This document shows, in pieces, positions 25,421-37,189 of a stretch of DNA of 64,000 nt. The stretch lies in assembly GCF_963921235.1 (NCBI RefSeq), contig NC_086097.1, positions 216,444,001-216,508,000 on the forward strand, in the 5' to 3' direction. The notes beneath the pieces were generated by a model. It was not told where the DNA came from. It did not search any database and saw nothing but the letters and a program-made list of their open reading frames with translations. The stretch comes from Mobula hypostoma. Taxonomy: Eukaryota. The first letter of the stretch is position 1. Each line of letters opens with the position of its first letter. The position numbers and the translations under genes were made by a program.

Positions 25421-26173
25421 GGACTCACTGATTCACTCGACAGCAACAAAGAAGGTTCTTAAGGAACACACTATATATACTAGTTCATTTCAACTTATTC
25501 ACTGTCAACTTCAAATCAATGAATGCCAATCGTCAGATAGCATATCGGCTAATAATGAGACTTAGTGTATAGGTACTTTCAGCATTTCCTTTCACACACC
25601 AGCATCTATTTCCCTGATATAGTTATTTTAGCACAAGATGATCAAAAAGATCAAATTTGTCCCAAAATGTAAACTTTTTCTTATTCCATTGATGTTTAGT
25701 TTTTCCTGCCTTTTCTGATTTTATTATTCTCATTCTTGTTTACCTTGCAGGGAACCTGCTTTTTTTTTTAACTTTGGCAATACGTCAAGCATGCGGAATA
25801 AATCTATTAATGTGTCAGCAGATCAAAATGTAAAGCTGGACACGCTAGGGTAACGCAATTATGAACTGTTCTTATTCCATAACATGTTGCTAAGCATCAA
25901 TCAGCAAAGCTCGTGGGATCCAGACAGTCAAAGGCAAATATTTTTTAAAAATCTGATTTATGATGCAGAAAACCATAAAAATTGTATTGTCATAAAATAA
26001 GTTCACTGTTAAATGAAAGTATCCTTTCTTTTCCAGTTTGTAAGCATGATCAGATTGATTAACTCAGCTTGAAACTGGTAAATTGGGATTTTGTTCATGT
26101 TTTGTAAAATTGCTTTCAGCATGTACATTGTATTGCCTGAGAGAGATACACCTGGAATATTTGATGAAGTTTT

Positions 26174-27318
26174 CTTTCTTTATTTATTTATTAATCTTTT
26201 TATTGATTTAAATGGAACATAGATACAAACAAGAGGAGAATTATCTCAAATATATATATCAATAACAATACAAATAGAGATTGAAATAGACTATCAAAAT
26301 CATACATAGTCTTAAGCTAGTATACAACATATAATAAAAAAGAAAACAGCAATTTTCCTCTTATCAGTCCATGAAGAGGAAAGAAAAAATACTTTGATTT
26401 TAAATAAAGAAAAAAAAGACCCCCACTACACTATACAAAAAAAAAGGGACTGGGCAGTCCATTCCGAGGAAACAACCAAAAAAAAAGAAAAACTTTCTGA
26501 TCAAATCGAAAACATCGGAAAGTAATAAATTGGAAGAGTAATAAATCAAATTAAATGAAAATATTGAAAAAAAGGTTGCCAGATTTGCTCAAATTTAAAG
26601 GATGTATCAAATGTCCAACTTCTTATTTTCCCTAAACTTAAACAGGACATAATGGAAGAGAGTCAATAAAAGACAGTAGGTGGATTAGAATCCTGCCACT
26701 TCAGTAAAATGGCTCTCCTAGCCAATAAGGTTGAAGAGGCTATCCTATGTTAAGCAGAAACAGGAATATTTCCTGGTTTCGATGGGTAATCCCAAATATT
26801 GCTGTAAGTAAGTTAGATTGTAGGTCCATATCCAAGACTTTTGATAATGTTTTAAAAACATCTCTCCAAAAATTGTCTAGCTTTATACAAGACCAAAATA
26901 TACGAGTTAAAGTGGCCACCTCACTGTTACATCTGCCACAAATAGGATTAATGTTGGAAAAAATACGTGTTAGTTTATCCTTTGACATATGGGCCCAATG
27001 CACTACCTTGAACTGTATCAAGGAATGATGGACACAAGTAGATGAGTTATTAACCAAACGAAGAATTTTACTCCATTGATTATCTGAAAATGACTCTTGA
27101 ATTTCCAGTTCCCAAACATGTTTAATTTTATCATTAGATATCATTCGTAAATTCAATATCCGTTTATAAATTATAGCTATCAACCTTTTTTGAAGTGGTT
27201 TAAGCTGAAAAAGAGCATCTGTCATATTAGGTGGATAAGCAGAAGGGTAATTTGGCAGCAAACCACGTAAAAAATTCCTAATTTGTAAATATCTAAAGAA
27301 ATGTACATTAGGTAAACC
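26174..27318 (-). mobile_element. 5'-truncated L1-clade LINE (ORF2 C-terminus with zinc knuckle, 3' UTR, A-rich tail)
   Basis: HFFRYLQIRNFL...LIQFKVVHWAH...CGRC....ATLTRIFWSC.KL..FW. TSD ATGAAGTTTT at 26164-26173 and 27319-27328 (AAAACTTCAT on the element strand, consistent with L1 endonuclease preference). Confidence 0.88.
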
Positions 27319-27479
27319 ATGAAGTTTTATTAGATGAAATAATTTTACAGCAAAATGAATTGAAAAAAGTTGTTTATTTTTATGAATCACAAGGACTGAT
27401 TTTGGACCATTACCATAGGTAACTATTATATCAATCACACATCAGTCTTCTGTGTCTTTTGCATACATCGCTAAAATAA

Positions 27480-27790
27480 GGGCCCGTATGGTAGCATAGT
27501 GGTTAGTGCATCACTTTACAGCATCAGCTTTCACCGATCCGGGTTCAATTCCCACTGCTGTCTGTAAGGAGTTTGTATATTCTCCCTGTGACCGCGTGGG
27601 TTTCCTCCAGGTGCTTTGCTTTCCTCCCGCATTCCAAAGACGTACAATTAGGGTTAGAGAGTTGTGCGTGTGCTATGTTAGCACCAACAGTACCGTGATG
27701 ACCCTTGTGAGCTGCCCGGCACAATTCTCACCGATTTGATTTGATGCAAACGATGTATTTCACTGCATGTTCCAAAAAGTAAAAGCTAAG
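27480..27790 (+). mobile_element. tRNA-derived V-SINE (HE1-like)
   Basis: GGTAGCATAGTGG A-box, GGTTCAATTCC B-box, V domain TGTAAGGAGTTTGTATATTCTCCCTGTGACCGCGTGGGTTTCCTCC. Confidence 0.8.
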
Positions 27791-28064
27791 CTAATAAATA
27801 TTCTGCTGTTTAATAGGAGAAAAAACAAGCAAATAAAACTTGCTTCACAGCTGGGAAGAACATATTTTGCCAATGAGCTGTGCTCAGAGTTGAATGAACT
27901 CTTACTTGCATTATTTACCATGTGGAAGAAATTATGCAAATCTGCTATTCTTTAAATACATTTCAGTTACAGACAGAAAAAGACCACTCAACCCAACCAG
28001 TTCACACAAGTATTTAAGTGCAAGTTAAACTAAAACTGAAAAAACAGTGGAAAAAGTCAGCAAG

Positions 28065-28922
28065 ACCCATGAGTGTGTGGCTAGGTACAGCTCAAATACC
28101 ATCTATAAATTTGCTGACAATACAACCATTGTTGGTAGAATCTCAGGTGGTGACGAGAGGGTGTACAAGGAGGGAGATATGCCAACTAGTGGAATGATGT
28201 CGCAGCAACAACCTGGCACTCAACATCAGTACACGAAATAGCTGACTGTGAACTTCAAGAAGGGTAAGATGAAGGAACACATACCAATCCTCAGAGGGAT
28301 CAGAAGTGGAGAGAGAGAGCAGCTTCAAGTTCCTGTCTGGTATGGGGGGGGGGGCGGGGGGGGGTGCTACTGCACAAGACCGAAAGAAGCTGCAGAGGGT
28401 TGTAAATTTAGTCGGCTCCATCTTGGGTACTCACCTACAAAGTACCCAGGACATCAAGGAGCGGTGTCTCAGAAAGGCAGCGTCCTGCGAAGGGTCTCGG
28501 CCTGAAACGTCGACTGCGCCTCTTCCTATAGATGCTGCTTGGCCTGCTGCGTTCACCAGCAACTTTGATGTGTGTTGTCCATTATTAAGGGCCACAAGCA
28601 CCCAGGGCATGTCCTATTCTCACCGTTACCATCAGGAAGGAGGTACAGAAGCCTGAAGGCACACACTCAGCGATTCAGGAACAGCTTCTTCCCCTCCGCT
28701 ATCCAATTCCTAAATGGACATTGAACCCTTGGATACTACCTAACTTTTTTAAATATACATTATTTCTGCTTTTTGCATGGTTTTAATCTATTCAATATAC
28801 ATTTACTGTAATTGATTTTCTTATTTATTTTTTTTTCTTCTATATATTGCATTGAACTGCTGCTGCTAAGTTAACAAATTTCATGTTACATGCCGGTGAC
28901 AATAAACCTGATTCTGATTCTG
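28065..28922 (+). mobile_element. Rex1/Babar-like LINE 3' fragment, interrupted by a 91-bp Penelope-end insertion (28486-28576)
   Basis: YKFADNTTIVGRI and QDRKKLQRVV motifs; AATAAACCTGATTCTGATTCTGA tail. Confidence 0.8.
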
Positions 28923-29031
28923 AGGAATCAGTGGAGAGAGAAACAGAGACACAAACATACTGTAGATCTTTAAACCTGGAGCAAAATGCAAAATAGTGGA
29001 AGAATTCAGCAGGTCAAGCAGAATCTACGGA

Positions 29032-30974
29032 TGTTACAAGGGGGTGCTGGGAACGGACCCAAATGCAAGACACAGACACTGAAGTACAAGGAACAGGACT
29101 TGACTAGAGTAGGGACGTGACAGGATTCAGGCAAGGCGCAGGGACAAGAACACAGTTGGGCTAGGGAAAGCGGGACCTCGACTAGCAACCATGGAGTAGG
29201 AGACAAGGCTTCGACTCTGAGCCCGAGACTGGACAAGGACCCAGAACCTGGGTCTTGCCTCGGGCTCAGACCCCAGAACTAGGCAAGGACATGACATGGT
29301 TTCAGGACAGGACATGGCTGGGGTCTAGAGGCCTGAGCTTGGAGACAAGACAAGGCTCGGACTCCGAGCCCAAGACTGGACAAGGACCCAGAACCTGGGT
29401 CTTTCCTCGGGCTCGGACCCCAGAACAAGACATGACATGGCTTGAGGCTGGGGTCTTGAGTCTTGAGATTGGCTTGGGATCCTCGAGGCTTGGGGTCTTG
29501 GATCTTGAGCTTGGCTTGGGATCCTCGAGGCTTGGCTGCAGGCTGAGGTCTCGGGTCTTGAGCTTGGCTTGGGATCCTCGAGGTCTTGGGTCCTGAGCTT
29601 GGCTTGGGATCCTCGAGGCTTGAGGTCTTGGGTCTTGAGCTTGGCTTGGGATCCTCGAGTCTTGGGGTCTTGGATCTTGAGCTTGGCTTGGGATCCTCGA
29701 GGCTTGGCTGCAGGCTGAGGTCTCGGGTCTTGAGCTTGGCTTGGGATCCTCGAGGCTTGAGGTCTTGGGTCCTGAGCTTGGCTTGGGATCCTCGAGGCTT
29801 GAGGTCTTGGGTCTTGAGCTTGGCTTGGGATCCTCGAGTCTTGGGGTCTTGGATCTTGAGCTTGGCTTGGGATCCTCGAGGTTTGGGTTCTTGGAGATGG
29901 GCTTGGGATTCTGAAGGCTTGGATTCTTGGAGATGGGCTTGGGATCCTCGAGGCTTGGGTTCTTGGAGCTTGGCTTGGGATCCTCAAGGCTTGGGTTCTT
30001 GGAGCTTGGCTTGGGATCCTCGAGGCTTGGGTTCTTGGAGCTTGGCTTGGGATCCTCGAGGCTTGGGTTCTTGGAGCTTGAGCTTGGCTTGGGATCCTCG
30101 AGGCTTGGGGTCTTCATCTTGAAATGCAGAGGCTGATAACTCAGAGACTGGAGCTGAGAGACAGACTAGGAACTGAACATCAACAAAGAGCCGGGACTTA
30201 TCCTTTGACAAGCCAGGACTCATCTTTAACACAACACAAACATGAGACAGGACAGAACATAGACATAGAGCCAGGACGTATCCTACAACAAGCTGGGACT
30301 CAACTTCATTTCCACACCAAGGTGGTTTCTCCATCAGGTAACGGCAGAACAGCCGGACTTACCCAACAGAGGCAAGGACAAGACAGGTCCCCCCGCAGGG
30401 CAACGGAAAAACAGCCTGGCTTACTCCACAGAGGTGAGGACAAGACAAGACAGATCCCCCTGCAGGGCAACAGCAAAACAGCCTGGCTTACCCCACAGAG
30501 GCATGGACAAGAAGAGACAAACACCAAAGAACAACAGACAGTTCCATCTCTGCTCTGGGGAAGCTCCAAGTCTCAGTTCAGCCACCAACCTCAGCTGGCT
30601 ACGGAAACAGCCAGATCCCTACCTAGCTTGGAGTGACTGGCAGCCACTCAGCTGGCCCGAGAAACAGCCAAATCCATACCCCAAAGACTACTCCAACAAG
30701 TGGCAACAAGGCTCCATGAAGCAGTGGTCCTCCAACCAGCCCTAGAGATCACAAATGGTTTCACTAGCCTTCCATAAGCAGGTTGCTCCAAGGGGGACTG
30801 ACAAGACCACAGCAGCCCACACTCAATCCCAAGGCTACTTATATTGCAAGCCCAAAGATGGGAATCAGGTGCCTATGATTAACTCAAACAAGGGAAAGCT
30901 GGAAGACCCGGAGTCCTGAGTCCACGGACTGGACCGTGAACCGGAATGCAGACTTCATGGACCGGACCATGACA
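29032..30974 (-). mobile_element. Large solo LTR (~1.94 kb) with internal minisatellite
   Basis: TGTTA...TGACA termini; 5-bp TSD ACGGA/ATGGA (29027-31, 30975-79, one CpG-type change); TATA-like AATATAAG on the minus strand near 30840; inserted in a Penelope end remnant. Confidence 0.75.
29440..30115. repeat. GC-rich minisatellite, ~16 units of 35-53 bp, core GAGCTTGGCTTGGGATCCTCGAGG
   Basis: Recurrent GGGATCCTCGAG at intervals of mostly 36, 42 and 53 bp. Confidence 0.95.
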
Positions 30975-31866
30975 ATGGAGGCAAAAGGATGGCCAACCGT
31001 TCAGGTCATGACCCTATATCAGGATTGAGAGTGTGGAGGGCAGATGGCCAACATAAAGAGGTGAGAGGGAAGAGTGAGACCAGAGAAGTAGGGGATGGTG
31101 GACAGAGAGAGCCAGATGGGAAGGTGGATAGTGGAGGTAGGAGATGAGGGACGAGTGGAAACAAATAAACAACAAAAAAACAATGGTGACATTGAATTGG
31201 ATAGGGGAGGGATGGTGGGCAGATGGAACTACAAACTGTAGATGGAGGAGGGTAGATTAGTTGTCTAGAAACCCAGGTGGAGAGGAGTGCAAGTAATGGA
31301 CAGGTAAACACAAGGAGAGAGGACCAGTAGGAATGGGAAGAGAACACAGGAGGTATAGGATATCTACGATAAACCAACTGTCTCACACAACTACCTCAGC
31401 TACACCCCCATCAACTTTGACTCCTACTCGTTTTTTCTCACGTTCCACTCCATCTATTTTCACCATGAGCCTTTCTGTTCCAGGACTCTGAAATGTCATC
31501 CATTTTCAGGAAGCATGGCCAACAGAACCCTCACTTGCAATTCCTCTATTTTCTGGACTTCTGCTCTGAACCCCTACCACCCACCAGCCCCGTCTTAACT
31601 TTCCCTCTCTTTATACTGCCATCTTCCATCCACGCTCTCAGTCCTGATGTAAGGTCATGATTCAAAATGTCGACTTTTGCTTTGCCTCTACAGATTCCAC
31701 TCAACATAGGATCGTAAGACATAGGAGCTACATTAGGTTATTCAGCCCATCAAATCTATCATGGCTGATTTACAATCTCTCTCAACCTCATTCTCCTGCC
31801 TTCTCTTCAAAACCTTTGACGCCCTGACTAATCAAGAACCTATCAACCTCTGCTTTAAGTATGCCC

Positions 31867-34800
31867 TGTGGTTGCGCTGATATGCAACGAGTGAAAGCAA
31901 CACACTGAGTCGAGCAGGGTCTGGTTGAACTGTTTACTGTTTTAAATCCGCGCGCGCTTAAGTGCCTGCTCCCAGCATCCCCCGTTCTTTGCGGTGCAAA
32001 GTGACGTCGGCTTCCGGGCTGAGGTCTGCCCCACACTCAGAGCCCTCTCGGTTGCCGCTGGCTGCGGACTCACACGCGACTGCTGGAGCTGGTTCGCTTG
32101 CCGCGTGGGTGAGCCGCCACATGACCCCCCCCCCCTCAGAACCGGTGCTAGGAGATGCAGAGTCCGCAGCCTGCACACTCTCAGTTCTTTTAGGTGGCCG
32201 GCCTCGTCGTCGTGGGAGTGGCAGCGCAACCGGGCGTTCAAGGTCTAGATGCACCAGTTTGAGACGGTCAATGGTAAAAGTCTCTTCACGACCGCCGATG
32301 TTGAGAACGCAGGTCATCCCATTATGGCGCACCACTTTGTAGGGTCCTTCGTATGGTTGCTGCAGGGGTGGTCTGTGCGCGCCTCAGCAAACAAAAACAT
32401 ACTTGCTCTGTTGTAGGTCCCTGGGCACGAAAGAGGGTGTTGTTCCGTGGTGAGACGTCGGGACTGGAGCAAGTGTTCCAAGCCGCTCCCGGAGTTTAGT
32501 TAGGACTGCTGTTGGTGGGTCCTCCAGGCCATGGGGTGCCGGCACAAACTCACCGGGAACTGTGAGCGGGGCACCGTAAACAAGTTCGGCCGATGATGCA
32601 GCCAGGTCCTCCTTGGGTGCCGTGCGGATACCAAGCAGCACCCAGGGGAGTTCATCAACCCAGTCTGGCCCTCAGAGGTGTGCCATCAGGGCTGACTGTG
32701 GAAACGTTCCACCAGGCTGTTGGACTGCGGGTGGTAAGCAGTCATTCGGTGGAGCTGGGTTCCGAGGAGTTGTGCCAGTGCAGACCACAAAGCCGATGTG
32801 AACTGCACACGCCTGTCTGAAGTGACGTGGGCTGGGAGTCTGAACCGTGCCGCCCAGGTGGTAATCAGGGCTCTGGCGTATGTCTCCGTGGCTGTGTCAG
32901 CGAGTGGGACAGCTTCCAGCCACCTCGTGAACCTGTCCACCATGGTGAACAGGTATCTCACTCCTCTGGAAACCGGCAGTGGGCTGACGATGTCCACGTG
33001 GACATGTTCGAACCTCCTATGTGTCGGCTGGAAGGGTTGCAGTGGGGCCCTCACGTGCCTCTGGATTTTGGAGGTTTGACAGTGCCTGCATGTCCTGGCC
33101 CAGTGCCCGACCTGCTTGCGTAGGCCGTACCACACAAACCTGTCTGCGATCAGCCGAATGGTCGCCCAGATGGAAGGGTGGGCTAAACCATGCAAGGCGT
33201 CGAAAATGGGCCGAGGTTGCCTGGTGGACACATCACAAAGGAGCTCATTACCTTTGGGCCCAATGGGTATGTCTTCCAGGCGAAGTCCTGAGACTGCGGT
33301 TTAGTACACCGGCATCTCGCTGTCCAGTCATTGCACCTTAGCTAACACCCCATAATCCACCCCTGGAGACAGAGAGTGCACTGATTGGACGGAGGTGCGT
33401 GACCACGTTGTTCTTCCCGGAGATGTGCTTGATCGTGGTGGTAAACTCCGAGATGTACAACAGGGGCGTTGCTGGCGGCCCGACCACGGGTCCGACACTT
33501 TGGCAAACGTGAAAGTAAGGGGCTTATGGTCTGTGAAGACCATGAACTCCCTTCCTTCCAGGAAATACCTGAAGTGCCAGATGGCAAGGTACAGGACCAG
33601 CAGCTCCCTGTCGAAAGCACTGTACTTAAGTTCTGGGGGTCATAGCTGCCGGCTGAAAAAAGCAAGCGGCTTCCACTGACCTTCGATGAGCTGCTCGAGC
33701 ACACCGCCAACTGCCGCGTCGGAGGCATCCACAGTGAGGGCAGTGGGGGCGTCGACCCAGGGGTGGACCAGGAGCCTGGCGTTTGCTAGTATGTTCTTGG
33801 CTTGTTCAAAAGCCACCGTCAACTCCTCTGTCCAGGTGACCTCTTTGACCTTGCCGGACATCAAGCCAAAAAGGGGTCACATGATCCGGGCCACTGAGGG
33901 CAGGAAACGGTGATAAAAGTTAACCATCCCGACAAACTCCTGCAGGCCTTTAACAGTGCTGGGTCTGGCGAATTGGCGGATGGCTTCAACTTTTGCCGGC
34001 AGGGGCACAGCTCCATGGCGGTCGATCCAGTGTCTCAAGAAGTCGATGGCGGGTAGGCCGAACTGGCACTTGGCAGGGTTGATAGCCAAGCCGTAGTCAC
34101 TTAGGCAGTGGCAGAGCAGGCATAGATGTGCTAGATGTTCCTGGCGGGAGCAGCTGGTGGTAAGTATGTCATCCAGGTAGATGAACAGAAAGTCCAGACC
34201 TCGCCCTACTGCGTCCATCAGGTGCTAGAACATCTGCACTGCGTTTTTGAGTCCAAACGGCATCCTGAGGAACTCGAACAGGCCAAAGGGGGTAATGAGG
34301 GCCGACTTGGGTACATCGTCCAGGTGGACTGGGATCTGATGATACCCTTGGACCAGGTCAATCTTCGAAAAGATGCGCAGGTTGGCCATAAAGTCCTGGA
34401 CGTGTGGTACCAGATAGCGGTCGGACGTGGTGGCATCGTTCAGCCTCCGATAGTCGCCGCACGGTCTCCACCCTCCCGCGGACTTGGGCACCATATGGAG
34501 TGGGGAGGCCCATGGGCTGTCAGAACGCCGCACAATCCCCATCTCCTCCATCTTCCTGAATTCCTCTTTCGTGAGGCAGGGCTTGTCGGACGGTAGCCTG
34601 CAGGCCCGGGCATGAAGGGGAGGTCCCTGTGTGGGGATGGGGTGCATCACGCCGTACTTGGGGTCAATTGAGGAAAACTGCGGCGTGATGATAAATGGGA
34701 ACTCCAATAACACTCTGACGAACTCATCGGAATAAGTGATGGAGTCCAGGTGTGGGGCCGGTAACCTGGTCTCACCAACGGAGAAAATCTGGAACGTCTT

Positions 34801-36107
34801 CGCATCGACCAATCGTCGTCCCTTCAAATCCACGAGTAGGCAGTGCGCACGGAGGAAGTCCACACCCAGCAATGGCTGTGACACTGCGGCCAGCGTAAAT
34901 GTCCATGTAAAGCGGCTGGAACCGAACTGCAAGGGGACGGTTCTTGTGCCGTAGGTGCGGATGCTGCTGCTGTTGGCTGCCGTAAGTTCCAGTCCTGTTC
35001 TTCTAGTTCGGATATCGTGGCTCGAGTGGGGTAGGACACTGATTTCTGCCCCCGTGTCCACCAGGAATCTACGCCCGGTGTGCTTGTTGCAAACGTAGAG
35101 GAGGCTATCACAGTGACCAGCTGCCGTAGCCATCAGCGACGGCTGGTCCTGACGTTTCCCTGGAATGAGCATGGCGGTCGGCAGTGGCGGGCCCCGGAAC
35201 CCCATCTTTGATGATAAAAACACCAAGACTCAGAAGTGGTGCTGTCCCTTGGTCTGGGTGCTACACACTCCGCTGCTGGGGTGTGGGAGGGCTTGGCTTT
35301 CGGCCATGCCGCAGCACTAATTTCGATGATGGTTCCGCCATTTTGTTTGGCGCACCAAAACACGTCCGCGCGGGCAGCCACCCTGCGCAGGTCTCTGAAG
35401 TCTTCATCTGCTAGCAGGAGGTGGATGTCTTCTGGCATTTGCTCCAAGAAGGTCTGTTCAAACAGCAGGCAAGGCTTATGGCTAGCATGTCGCTCATCAG
35501 AGCTGATGGCGCGCGGTCACCCAGGCTGTCCATATGCAGTAACCGCATGGCCCATTCGTGGCGGGAGAGGACAAATGTGCGGATTAACAGGGCCTTGAGT
35601 GTCTCGTACCTGTCTGCTGCCGGGGGCTGATGCAGAAAGTCGATAATGTGGCCCGCTGTCTCCTGGTCGAGGGCACCCACCACGTAGTAATACCTGGTGG
35701 CATCTGAGACAATTTGCCTGACCTGGAACTGGACCCCCGCTTACTCAAACCAGACCAGGGGTTGAGTGGTCCAGAAGGTTGGCAGCTTAAGGGAAACTGC
35801 ATTCTGCAGAGCCGAGTCGTTCATGCTGGGTCCAAATGCCGTTGGACCGTCAGGGTCACCAATGTGGCTGCAGCACGAGTGAAAGTAACACAGAGTCGAG
35901 CAGGGTCTGGTTGAACTGTCTACTGTTTCAATCCACGCGCGACTAAGTGCCCGCTCCCAGCATCTCCCACACTTTGTGGGTCTGAAGTGATGTCGGCTTC
36001 CGGGCCAAGGTCCGCCCCACATTCAGAGCCCTCTCGGTTGCTGCTGGCTGCGGATCCGCCTGCGACTGCTGGAGCCGATTCGCTTGCCGCGTGGGCAAGC
36101 CGCCACA
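31867..36107 (-). mobile_element. Full-length Ty3/Gypsy LTR retrotransposon, CsRn1-like lineage, decayed
   Basis: LTRs 35863-36107 (5') and 31867-32121 (3') with TG...CA ends; 4-bp TSD ACCC/GCCC; PBS TGGTGACCCTGACG (complementary to tRNA-Trp 3' end, one mismatch) next to the 5' LTR; G-rich PPT at ~32122-32139. Confidence 0.95.
32140..35824 (-). pseudogene. gag-pol (Gag, PR, RT, RNase H, IN) with multiple stops and frameshifts
   Basis: Gag MNDSALQNAVSLKLPTFW and CHCC knuckle CFYHQRWGSGARHCRPPC; protease FLVDTGA; RT WRPCGDYRRLN, MPFGLKNA, YLDD; RNase H LTVDAS; integrase HGLAH...CRHC, HVDIV, VERFH. Confidence 0.93.
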
Positions 36108-37189
36108 ACCCAATAATTTGTGTACCTCCTGCAGTTTGTTTTTTTGAACGTGAAGAAGAGTTGGTATTTCAGATCGGAGACCCTGAAGGAGATCATCAAA
36201 TTGAAACGTTAGTTCTTTTACCTTCTCTGTAGGTGCTGCCCTATTTGCTGAGTGTTTCCAGAATTTCCATTTTTATTTTTAATCCACTTTACGTTGCTGT
36301 TAGGAAGCACTTTACAATCAGTAAATAATCAGGTGTTAATTTGCCTACTGGAATGTTCCACAGGCAAAAAGAGACTGCAGATGCTGGAATCCAGAGAACG
36401 AACAATCTGTGGGTCATGCGGTATCTGTGTTTAAATATGGGGGGAGGAGGATGAAGGAATTATCGACCTTTCAGATTGAAACCCTGCATCAGGATATAAA
36501 TGACTTATTAATCCTTTTTTGGTGGTCTAATTGAGGGAGGAATATTTGCCAGATCACAGTATTATCTTCTTCATATTATATGTAGCAAGCAGATTGAGCT
36601 TTTTAAAAGTTGCAGCTTTGCATTGCAGCACTCCCTCAGCATCAAACTTATCAGTCTAAATTGAGCTCAGTTCTAAGCTGAGGCTTCGATCCAGAACCTT
36701 CTGATCTCCTACTACAATACATTCAATGTGCCAAGCTGACAATGGAGTTAAAAAAAGTTTTGTTTCCCCCATTACATCTTTTTTTGGAAGCCAATGAAAA
36801 GCATTTAAGTTTATATTTCTCTCGTAGCATGCATGCCACAACAATAACAGATAAACCTTCTGTTACAACAAAGACTTGAATCTATTGTTATCTGTACATC
36901 TGTTCAGGTGCTGGAAAGCAAATTTCCACATGTGCTTTGTTTGTACTCAGTGGAATGTACAACAGGAAAACGGGTGACGCTGTTGTACTCTCCAAACTTT
37001 CAACATCATACAGGAGCAGGACTTCGATTACACTTGATTAGCCTTGTCTCTCCAGGTAACTGACTTTAAAGTCAAAATCTTGGACATTGATGCCAGAGAA
37101 GTATGAGATGAAGGTGAATCTAGCAAAACCCCCTCTGGATTCATGTCCATCCTTTTCCCATTACTGTACATTTTTTCCTCTATTTGGAT

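Noticed and set aside
26740..27438. 232-aa ORF as a host gene
   Set aside because: It is the C-terminus of L1 ORF2; its N-terminal part runs past the TSD into flanking DNA.
27480..27560. tRNA-like sequences (also near 2216 and 49790-49860)
   Set aside because: A/B boxes lead directly into SINE body domains and no complete cloverleaf is evident; these are SINE heads, not tRNA genes.
29440..30115. Repeat array superficially like a CRISPR array or synthetic polylinker (BamHI/XhoI sites)
   Set aside because: The intervening sequences are variants of each other rather than unique spacers; no cas genes; eukaryotic LTR context.
29302..30136. Long ORFs (271, 220, 178 aa) with SLEDPKPSS-type repeats
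   Set aside because: They arise from a minisatellite inside a solo LTR; open frames on both strands are expected from a stop-poor repeat unit, and there is no splice or domain evidence.
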